This document shows positions 51,645 to 59,153 of a DNA stretch of 64,000 nucleotides, one piece after another. The translations under genes and the position numbers were made by a program. The notes below the pieces were generated by a model. The model searched no databases. It saw nothing but the letters and a program-made list of their open reading frames with translations, and was not told the origin of the DNA. Source of the stretch: Candidatus Nealsonbacteria bacterium (lineage in GTDB: Bacteria > Patescibacteriota > Minisyncoccia > Minisyncoccales > CAZKCU01); the NCBI GenBank assembly GCA_047456305.1, contig CP179888.1, forward strand, positions 1,690 through 65,689, in the 5' to 3' direction. Position 1 is the first letter of the stretch, and each line of letters starts with the position of its first letter.

Positions 51645-51933
51645 GGATTATTTTTTCTTTAAAACCGCCTCTTTTCTGATTTTTTTCTTCTCTTAAAAAC
51701 TCTAATTCTTCTTTTTTGATTCCTTTAAACTGACAAATTGCATAGATTACTTCCAAAATATCAGCAAGTTCTTCTTTATTGCTTTCTCCTAAGAATTCTT
51801 TAACCTCTTCTTCGAGTTTTTCTTTTAGCTTCAACCAGTATTCTTTATCATCAGCAATATGAGTTATTGGAATGTCTCTTTTTTGCTTGATAATCTCTGG
51901 AATTTTGTCTCTTACAAGTTTATTGTATTTCAT
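51628..51933 (-). CDS. MazG-like nucleoside triphosphate pyrophosphohydrolase
   Basis: MKYNKLVRDKIPEII...EELADILEVIYAI pattern. The second ATG (51933) is preferred because the first overlaps the TAGAAT box. Confidence 0.7.
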   Translation of the reverse strand: MKYNKLVRDKIPEIIKQKRDIPITHIADDKEYWLKLKEKLEEEVKEFLGESNKEELADILEVIYAICQFKGIKKEELEFLREEKNQKRGGFKEKIILDETK

Positions 51934-51940
51934 ATATCTC

Positions 51941-51974
51941 ATTCTACCAAAAAACCGCCTTCTTGGCGATTTTT
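51941..51974 (-). promoter_or_regulatory. P-box, 7 nt before the ATG at 51933
   Basis: The minus strand reads AAAAATCGCCAAGAAGGCGGTTTTTTGGTAGAAT. S hairpin CTTTCG/CGAAAG lies just upstream (51975-52014). Confidence 0.5.
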
Positions 51975-52190
51975 GATGCCTTTCGGTCGCTCGAAAGACT
52001 CACAAGCCTGCTCCGTATACTTAAAATAGTTCGAACATTTTTCGCCGCCTGCGGCGGCGAGGAACCCCCAAAAAAAATCGGAGCGGCTTCGCCACGATAT
52101 TTAACAATCTCAGGTTTCTTTGGCGGCAAATTCTTTTTTAAAAAAAGAAAACCAGTTGTTAGGTACAACTGGTAAAACCTTAAATTTGTT

Positions 52191-52505
52191 TCAGGCGACC
52201 ATCCAAGCAAAGCCGGTTTCTGGTATCCAAAACTCTAATCCTATTCCAGTAAACAGATTTGTAATCATTCTCATTTGGGAATCTTCCGGAAAAGGATCTA
52301 AGCCGGATTCGAGATTAAATGCAACCCAGTTATTCAAGGTAACATACTGTAGCATGCCCATTCCAAATTCTCCAATTATCTTCTTGCATTCTTCTGCGGA
52401 AAGTACCTTAACATTTGAAATGGGAAGCCATTGACTAACCTCTTCTGTTAAAACCTCTGCGACAGCTTCACTTCTTTCGCCCGCGTTCGTTACAATAACT
52501 CTCAT
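52191..52505 (-). CDS. hypothetical protein (104 aa)
   Basis: ORF with SD AAGGAGG. The SD lies inside the hairpin CTCCTT-CGCCG-AAGGAG (52512-52528). Confidence 0.4.
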   Translation of the reverse strand: MRVIVTNAGERSEAVAEVLTEEVSQWLPISNVKVLSAEECKKIIGEFGMGMLQYVTLNNWVAFNLESGLDPFPEDSQMRMITNLFTGIGLEFWIPETGFAWMVA

Positions 52506-52962
52506 TTTGTCCTCCTTCGCCGAAGGAGTAAATTACTATAACGAACATTTTTGAAAAGAACCGTTCCAAAAATGTTCTGGTGTCCCTCGGCAACTCCACC
52601 CTTGTATCGATTCCTTCTTTATTCTTTTGCAAGAACAGGGAGAAATCTGAGTAGAGACGCCCCTCAATTGCTTCTGTACCCTATAAAAAGCAATTGAGTC
52701 TGAAATTGCCACCGAACTTTAACAATTCCAGTATCCACAACTTTCTGTTTTATATTATACATCCATTCAAATAACTTGTCAAGCCCATAACAAAAAACAG
52801 AAATCTCTATAAAATTTCTGCTCCATTACATGAAAAATTTTCTTTTACTCTTCCGCTTTAGCGGAATACGAAATCGCCAATTGATTTTTTCGCCTAAAAC
52901 TCCGTTCAATTTGGTCGCCGAGCGAAGCGAGGCGACCCACAAATCGTTGACTTTTCCTTACT

Positions 52963-53017
52963 GGCTCCGGCGGTAGGACTCGAACTAATAAAAATCTTGA
53001 CTCCTCACTGATGCGCT
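52963..53017 (-). repeat. R1 repeat copy
   Basis: The plus strand reads GGCTCCGGCGGTAGGACTCGAACTAATAAAAATCTTGACTCCTCACTGATGCGC. Confidence 0.6.
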
Positions 53018-53065
53018 AAGGGATTATTAGTCCTACAACATAGATTGAGCGGCTCTAAAATAAAA

Positions 53066-53088
53066 ATTGCCCAGCGATGGGCTTTTTA
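53066..53088 (-). terminator. terminator hairpin after uppS (usable from both strands)
   Basis: GCCCA-GCGA-TGGGC flanked by A-run and T-run. The leader AAATAAAAATTGCCCAGC recurs at 50141. Confidence 0.45.
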
Positions 53089-53110
53089 AAATTTCTTCAG
53101 ATAACTCATT

Positions 53111-53818
53111 TTACTTTCCGAATGTTCGCTGGCGGCTACTATATTCTCTAATAGCTTCATCTAAATCTTTTTCTTTAAAATCTGGCCAAAGTTTTTCTGA
53201 AAAATAAAGTTCAGAATAGGCTGTCTGCCAAAGTAAAGAATTTGATAATCTTTGTTTACCCCCAGCCCGAATAATTAAATCGGGATCGGGCAAGCCAACA
53301 GTAGAAATGTACTGATTAAAGAGTTCCTCGGTAACTTTTCCTGGTGAAATGCCATCTTGAATAATTCTTTGGGTGGCTTGAACAATATCCCATCTTCCTC
53401 CATAGCTTATTCCAAGATTTAAAAAAAACTTATTGTTATTTTTTGTAGCTTCCTCAACTTCCCGGATGATTTTTTGGAGAGATTCAGAAAGCCTTTCTTT
53501 TTGACCTATTACTCTGATCCTTACTCCTAATTTTTGGTATTTTGGAGTATTAAGGTACTTTTGAAGGTTTTCTCTTAATCCTTTTTCTAAAAACCGCATT
53601 AAAAAAGAAACTTCTCTTTTGGCCCGATTCCAATTTTCGGTTGAAAAACCAAAGACAGTCAAAATTTTCACTCCTCTTTTCTGGCACCAACCCCAAAATC
53701 TTAATAAATTTTTATAACCTTCCCAATAGCCTCTTAAAGCTGGTAGTCCCCTTTCTCTGGCCCAGCCCTGATTACCATCAGGAAATAAAACAATGTGATA
53801 TGGAACCTTGATTTTCAT
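53111..53818 (-). CDS. uppS: isoprenyl transferase (undecaprenyl diphosphate synthase)
   Basis: [21 protein letters not shown] and a C-terminal RTFGK match the UPP synthase family. Confidence 0.9.
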   Translation of the reverse strand: MKIKVPYHIVLFPDGNQGWARERGLPALRGYWEGYKNLLRFWGWCQKRGVKILTVFGFSTENWNRAKREVSFLMRFLEKGLRENLQKYLNTPKYQKLGVRIRVIGQKERLSESLQKIIREVEEATKNNNKFFLNLGISYGGRWDIVQATQRIIQDGISPGKVTEELFNQYISTVGLPDPDLIIRAGGKQRLSNSLLWQTAYSELYFSEKLWPDFKEKDLDEAIREYSSRQRTFGK

Positions 53819-53966
53819 AATATTCTATTTTAATTGGTTCTTTTTCTTGCTGCTTAGCTGTTATATAACCTGTAGCAAAAGAAAGTAAAGAAATTAAAAT
53901 TACGCCAATTAGTAAAATTATATCATCTTGGTGGTCTTTGACAAATTGTAAGATTTTTGCTAACAT
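53778..53966 (-). CDS. small membrane protein
   Basis: 62-aa ORF with one TM segment ([20 protein letters not shown]). Overlaps the uppS start. Confidence 0.35.
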   Translation of the reverse strand: MLAKILQFVKDHQDDIILLIGVILISLLSFATGYITAKQQEKEPIKIEYYENQGSISHCFIS

Positions 53967-53974
53967 TTTATTGT

Positions 53975-54247
53975 ATGGCTAAGACTAAAGCAGCTGGTGC
54001 TACAAAATTAGGAAGGGATTCTCTCCCAAAATATTTAGGCGTAAAACTCTTTGAGGGTCAGAAAACTCGACCTGGCAGTATTATTATTCGCCAGTGAGGT
54101 ACCAAATTTCTTCCCGGTAAAAATGTTAAAAGAGGAAGAGACGATACTTTATATGCCTTAAAAGAAGGTATTGTTCACTTTGTGACAAAGAGAAAAAAAG
54201 GCTTTGACAACTCACAAAGAATCGCTAAGATTGTTAATGTTAAATAG
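53975..54247 (+). pseudogene. rpmA: 50S ribosomal protein L27 gene with an in-frame TGA at codon 41 (absent from the ORF track)
   Basis: Hand translation gives [40 protein letters not shown][TGA][28 protein letters not shown]... It is collinear with L27. The TGA (54095-54097) replaces the Arg of the conserved RQRGTK. Confidence 0.85.
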
Positions 54248-54255
54248 AATCCTGT

Positions 54256-55902
54256 TCAAGATTTAGTTTTCTGTTGTTTTAGGATTATTTTAATAAACTC
54301 TTTAAATAATGGATGCGGCCTCAACGGCCTTGATTTATATTCGGGATGAAATTGAACTCCCACAAAAAAAGGATGATTTTTAATCTCAATAATTTCTACC
54401 AGGTCTTTTTCTGGATTTATCCCGGCCATTATCATCCCCTTCCTTTCTAAAACCTCGCGAAACTCATTATTTAGTTCATATCTGTGTCTATGGCGCTCAG
54501 AGGTATAAAATGACCTGTAAGCCCTAAAACTGACTGTTTTTGGTCCAATTCTACAGGGATAAGTTCCTAATCTCATTGTCTTCTTATCGATCAACGGATA
54601 TTGGCAATTTGGTGAAAATTCAGTTGAATTTGCTCCTTTTAAGCCGCAAACATTTCTGGCAAATTCAACTACTGCTAACTGCATTCCTAAACAAAGTCCC
54701 AAGAAAGGGATTTTTTGTTTTCGGCAAAATTTAATTGCTTTAATTTTTCCTTCCACGAGGGGCCCGCCGAAACCACTAGGAATAATTATTCCATCAAATT
54801 TTTTTAATTCTTTAACTGACTGGGGATTCTTTTTGTAATTTTCAGCTGATAACCAGAAAATCTCTGGCTTTCTTTTAAAAAACCAGCAGCTGTGTTTTAT
54901 TGCCTCGACCAATGAGAGATAGCAATCAGTTACCGAGCCTGTTTTAACGGGCGAAGGTGAAGATAAATCTTTAGATTCATCGACTAAAGTGGTAGCCCCT
55001 CCTTTAAAAGATTTCCCAACTATACCGATCTTAACCGGTTTTTTGCAACTCTTAATTATTTTAACTAACTTTTTCCAATCTTTTAAATTATTTTTTCTGC
55101 GTCGCTCACCGAATTTTTTTAAAATTCGATTGCCTAAATTCTCTTCTTCAAAATTAAGAGGTATTTCATAAATTGACTCAGTATCAGGAGCCGAAATAAC
55201 ATCTTCTTCAGCGACATTACAAAAAATCGAAATCTTTCTTTTTTGAGCTGTCTCTAAAGGAACTCTCGCCCGACCAAGAATTATATCTGGCTGAATCCCG
55301 GCTGTATTTAAAGCCCTTACCGCATTCTGGGTAGGTTTTGTCTTTATCTCTCCAATCATTTTTGGGATTGGCAGATAAGAAACGAAAATAAAAAGAACGT
55401 TTTTGGGATGCGAAATCTTCATCATTCTAGCTGCTTCTAAAAACAGCATGTTTTGGTACTCCCCCACTGTTCCCCCAATTTCAATTAAAACAAAATCAGC
55501 CTTATTTTTTTTGGCTGCCTTTTTTATTCGAGAAATTACCTCTTCTGGGATATGAGGGACTACCTCAACACATTTTCCGTCATATTCCAGATTTCTTTCC
55601 CGTAAAATCACTGCCTGATAAACACGGCCGGTGGTCATGTAATTGGCTCTGGTCAAATTTTCATCCAAGAATCTTTCATAATTTCCCATATCTTGGTCAC
55701 ATTGGTCGCCATCTTCGGTTACAAAAACTTCTCCATGAACCAGGAAATCCATTGTTCCGGCATCGACATTAACATAGGGGTCAATTTTAATTGCTGTTAC
55801 CTTGAATCCTTTTGACTGTAAAATTTTTCCAATTGCTGCTGTTGCCACTCCTTTGCCAATGCCAGACATAACGCCTCCAGCAATAAAAATAAAACGAGCC
55901 AT
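54256..55902 (-). CDS. pyrG: CTP synthase
   Basis: N-terminus FIFIAGGVMSGIGKG, amidoligase core and a C-terminal GATase (GLCLGMQ...HRHRYE). Confidence 0.95.
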   Translation of the reverse strand: MARFIFIAGGVMSGIGKGVATAAIGKILQSKGFKVTAIKIDPYVNVDAGTMDFLVHGEVFVTEDGDQCDQDMGNYERFLDENLTRANYMTTGRVYQAVILRERNLEYDGKCVEVVPHIPEEVISRIKKAAKKNKADFVLIEIGGTVGEYQNMLFLEAARMMKISHPKNVLFIFVSYLPIPKMIGEIKTKPTQNAVRALNTAGIQPDIILGRARVPLETAQKRKISIFCNVAEEDVISAPDTESIYEIPLNFEEENLGNRILKKFGERRRKNNLKDWKKLVKIIKSCKKPVKIGIVGKSFKGGATTLVDESKDLSSPSPVKTGSVTDCYLSLVEAIKHSCWFFKRKPEIFWLSAENYKKNPQSVKELKKFDGIIIPSGFGGPLVEGKIKAIKFCRKQKIPFLGLCLGMQLAVVEFARNVCGLKGANSTEFSPNCQYPLIDKKTMRLGTYPCRIGPKTVSFRAYRSFYTSERHRHRYELNNEFREVLERKGMIMAGINPEKDLVEIIEIKNHPFFVGVQFHPEYKSRPLRPHPLFKEFIKIILKQQKTKS

Positions 55903-55912
55903 AGACGCTAAT

Positions 55913-55961
55913 CGATGCTAATATACGAATTGATACTAATTATACGAATTAGTATCATTAG
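55913..55961 (-). promoter_or_regulatory. long AT-rich hairpin in the rplI-pyrG spacer
   Basis: Inner perfect 10-bp stem GATACTAATT/AATTAGTATC. Outer stem ATGCTAAT/ATTAGCAT with a bulge. Confidence 0.35.
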
Positions 55962-55986
55962 CATACATTAGTATATTGGCATCGCG

Positions 55987-56433
55987 TTACTTCTCTTCGG
56001 TGACTATTATTTTTATTTCTACTTCTAAATTATGTTCAAATTTAATCTTTGCTGGAAATTCGCCGAGCTCTTTGAGAGGCTCTGCTAAATCGATTTGACT
56101 CTTTTTAACTTTAAAACCTAATTCTTTTAATTTTTCAGAAATTTTCTGGGCGTTTATAGATTCAAAAAGTTGATCTTCCTCTCCAATTTTAACTGGAATT
56201 ATGACTTCCAAACCTTCCATGCTTGAAGCAAATTCTTGAACTTTTTTTAATTCTTCTTCCTCCTTTTTTGCCTCTGTCTCTTTTTGGGTCTCCAGCCAGC
56301 TCATCACTTCTTTTGTCGCTAGTTTTGCCAACCCTTTGGGAATCAAAAAATTCCTGGCATAGCCATCTTTAACTTCCTTAATCTCATATTTCTTACCCAG
56401 ATTATCTATATCTTGCAAAAGTATAACTCGCAT
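55987..56433 (-). CDS. rplI: 50S ribosomal protein L9
   Basis: [37 protein letters not shown]. Confidence 0.9.
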   Translation of the reverse strand: MRVILLQDIDNLGKKYEIKEVKDGYARNFLIPKGLAKLATKEVMSWLETQKETEAKKEEEELKKVQEFASSMEGLEVIIPVKIGEEDQLFESINAQKISEKLKELGFKVKKSQIDLAEPLKELGEFPAKIKFEHNLEVEIKIIVTEEK

Positions 56434-56487
56434 AAATTTTGTTTAACCCACTACCAGAGTCAGTGTGAGGTTCCTAGCAACTTTATT

Positions 56488-57675
56488 TTATCTCATCTCT
56501 TTTATTACTTCAATAGCCTTATCTAATTGAGGATCCCTTTCCGCTGTATAATCTTCTTCGGTCATTTCTACTTTTATATCCGGCTCCAGGCCAATCTCGG
56601 TAATGAGCTCACCTGAGGGAGTTAACCATCTTGCCACTGTAATCTTAAGAGAAGAACCTTCTTTTAATTTCTCTAATTCCTGAACTGAACCTTTACCAAA
56701 AGATTTTTCGCCAATTATTTTTATACCCCGATTATCACGAAGAGCTGCAGCTAAAATTTCCGATCCAGAAGCCGAACCCTGGTTAATTAAAATCACTATT
56801 GGATATTGTAAAAACCTGGCATTACCTTTAGCTTTATAAATCTTCTGTTCTGTTTCTTGACCAAAATCCTCAATAGCTACAGTCTGTCCTCTTTCCAAGA
56901 ACCAGCCCGAAATATCCCGGGCAACTTCCAAATAACCTCCGGGGTTATTTCGCAAATCTAAAATTATTTTTTCAGCCGGACTATTTAAAATTTCAATTGC
57001 TGCTCCAATAAAGTCAGAACTTGCTTTCTCAGAAAAATGGTAAATCCTTAAATAAGCGATATCTCCTTCCTTTAATTCCCATTTTAAAGAAGGGACTTCA
57101 ATGACTGCTCTAACAATCTTGATTTCTTTTGTAGTCTCCCATTCCTCTCGAAAAATCATTAAAGTAACCTCTGTTCCCTTTGGTCCCCGGATAAGGTTTA
57201 CTGCCTCATCAATAGTGATATCTATTGTCAAAGTATCGTCTATTTTTATAATTTTATCTCCGGGCCTAAACCCTGCTCTCTGAGCAGGGGTTCCCTCTAA
57301 AGGAGCTATTACCTGGAGCTGTCCTTTTCTAATTCCAATTTCCATACCTACTCCTTCAAATTGACCGGTTACATCTTCTAAAAATTTTTTACTATCTTCG
57401 GGGTTTAAAAAGGTGGTATAAGGATCTCCCAAAGACTTTACCATCCCTGAAATTGCTCCATAAATCATTTTTTGAACATCGAGTTTTTCTGGACTGACGA
57501 ATTTTTCTTCAAGTTTCTTCCAGGTTTCCCAAAAAAGCGAAAGGTCAACTTCCTCTAGCGGACAAACCGGGCAAACTACCTGAGCTTTTCCAAACCAAAA
57601 TCCAAATCCAAAACTAGCTAGAATAGCAACAACCAAAAAAACTAAAACAAAATTTTTCTTGACTAAAAAAGCCAT
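56488..57675 (-). CDS. carboxy-terminal processing protease (S41 family) with PDZ domain
   Basis: N-terminal TM segment, a PDZ domain (GTPAQRAGFRPGDKIIKID) and an S41 core (INQGSASGSEILAAAL...GEKSFGKG). Confidence 0.85.
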   Translation of the reverse strand: MAFLVKKNFVLVFLVVAILASFGFGFWFGKAQVVCPVCPLEEVDLSLFWETWKKLEEKFVSPEKLDVQKMIYGAISGMVKSLGDPYTTFLNPEDSKKFLEDVTGQFEGVGMEIGIRKGQLQVIAPLEGTPAQRAGFRPGDKIIKIDDTLTIDITIDEAVNLIRGPKGTEVTLMIFREEWETTKEIKIVRAVIEVPSLKWELKEGDIAYLRIYHFSEKASSDFIGAAIEILNSPAEKIILDLRNNPGGYLEVARDISGWFLERGQTVAIEDFGQETEQKIYKAKGNARFLQYPIVILINQGSASGSEILAAALRDNRGIKIIGEKSFGKGSVQELEKLKEGSSLKITVARWLTPSGELITEIGLEPDIKVEMTEEDYTAERDPQLDKAIEVIKEMR

Positions 57676-57722
57676 ATCTAATATCTTACTTGATTATAGC
57701 AAATATTAGCCAAAAGTAAAAA

Positions 57723-57741
57723 ACCGGAGAACGGTTCTCCG
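57723..57741 (-). terminator. terminator hairpin, copy 1
   Basis: CGGAGAA-CGG-TTCTCCG. T6 follows on the minus strand. Confidence 0.5.
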
Positions 57742-57782
57742 CTAACTTCAGGTCAGTGGTTTAATTTCAATCACAAACAAAA

Positions 57783-57803
57783 ATACGGAGAACGGTTCTC
57801 CGT
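57783..57803 (-). terminator. terminator hairpin, copy 2 (same stem)
   Basis: TACGGAGAA-CGG-TTCTCCGTA with T-runs on both strands. Lies downstream of tRNA-Lys. Confidence 0.55.
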
Positions 57804-57983
57804 ATTTTGTTTAATCGAAAAATAAAGAATAATTCTTTCCGTACTTAAATTTTATAATAAAATTTTATTTAATGCGACACAACTCAGGAGAGCTGAATAG
57901 TTGGTTTATATCTCGCATTTTTAATTTTGAATTTAACAAAAACAAATTGGGCTTACCTCGCGAGGTTGACTTTCCTTAAAAAG

Positions 57984-58056
57984 TGCCCCCACTAGGACTT
58001 GAACCTAGACTTACTGCTTAAAAGGCAGTTACTCTACCAAATTGAGTTATGGGGGC
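57984..58056 (-). tRNA. tRNA-Lys (anticodon TTT)
   Basis: 73 nt. Acceptor GCCCCCA/TGGGGGC, D stem ACTC/GAGT, anticodon stem ACTGC/GCAGT with loop CTTTTAA, T arm CTAGG-TTCAAGT-CCTAG. CCA is not encoded. Confidence 0.9.
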
Positions 58057-58059
58057 ATT

Positions 58060-59151
58060 TTATATTCCTTCTTCTTTCAATTTTTCTAAAAGTTCTTTTT
58101 GTTTTTTGGTTAATCTCTTTGGCGTCTTGACAATCAATTCTACATAGAGATTTCCTCGCCCATAACCTGAAAAATGAGGAATTCCTTTACCAGAAATTCG
58201 TAAAATTTTTCCTGATTCAACACCAGAAGGAACTTTTAATAAAATTTTGGTTCTCTCAAGAGTAAGAACCTCAAGTTCTGCTCCTAAGGCTGCCTGGGAA
58301 AAAGAAATAGGTATTGAGATATATAAATCATCTCCTTTTCTTTTAAAAATTGGGTGCAATTTGACAAGAATTCGAACATATAAATCTCCTGTCTTTCCTC
58401 CTCTTCTACCTGCTTCTCCTTTACCTCCGATTTTTATCACTTGATTGGTGTCAATTCCAGCTGGAATAAAAATTTCTATATCTTCTACTCCCTTAACTCT
58501 CCCCTCTCCTTTACAGACATTGCAGGGAGTTTGTGGCCTCTGGCCCTCCCCACCACATTCAGGACAAGTAATAAATCTGGTAAATGAGCCCAAAAAGGTT
58601 CTTTTTATCTGCTGAACTTCTCCTTTACCCCGGCAAGAAAAACATTCGTTTACAGGAGTATTAGGTTCAGCCCCAGAGTCCCGGCAGCGAGAGCAAAAAA
58701 TCAGTTTTTGTAAAGAAATTACTTTTTCCTTGCCCTTTAGAGTTATCTCTAAGGGAATTTCTATATTAATCTCAATATCTTTTCCTCTTTTTAAATCTTT
58801 TCTTTTTCGAGGAATACCAAAACCGAAGACCTCTTCAAGCATCTCTCCTAAATCTAAATCTCCAAAATCAAACTCTCCACCTTCTCCGGATTCTCCCCAG
58901 GGCCACTGAAAACCAAAATCTGACTCTCCTCCCCCCGGCATCCCTTCAAAAACCCGACCAAATCTATCATATTGAGTTCTTTTTTCCTTATTAGAAAGAA
59001 CCTGATAGGCTTCATTTATTTCTTTGAATTTTTTCTCATCTCCTCCTTTATCAGGATGGTATTTATGGGCCAGTTTGCGGAAGGCCTTTTTGATTTCATC
59101 TTGAGAGGCATTGCGAGAAATGCCCAAAACTTGATAATAATCCTTTGTCAT
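58060..59151 (-). CDS. dnaJ: molecular chaperone DnaJ
   Basis: J domain (YHPDKGG), a G/F-rich linker and four CxxCxGxG zinc-finger repeats. Confidence 0.95.
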   Translation of the reverse strand: MTKDYYQVLGISRNASQDEIKKAFRKLAHKYHPDKGGDEKKFKEINEAYQVLSNKEKRTQYDRFGRVFEGMPGGGESDFGFQWPWGESGEGGEFDFGDLDLGEMLEEVFGFGIPRKRKDLKRGKDIEINIEIPLEITLKGKEKVISLQKLIFCSRCRDSGAEPNTPVNECFSCRGKGEVQQIKRTFLGSFTRFITCPECGGEGQRPQTPCNVCKGEGRVKGVEDIEIFIPAGIDTNQVIKIGGKGEAGRRGGKTGDLYVRILVKLHPIFKRKGDDLYISIPISFSQAALGAELEVLTLERTKILLKVPSGVESGKILRISGKGIPHFSGYGRGNLYVELIVKTPKRLTKKQKELLEKLKEEGI

Positions 59152-59153
59152 AA

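Noticed and set aside
38048-52990. tRNA-like T-loop/acceptor sequences as genuine tRNA genes.
   Set aside because: Hand folding finds no matching 5' acceptor strand, D arm or anticodon arm at any of the sites. Only 57984..58056 folds into a complete cloverleaf.
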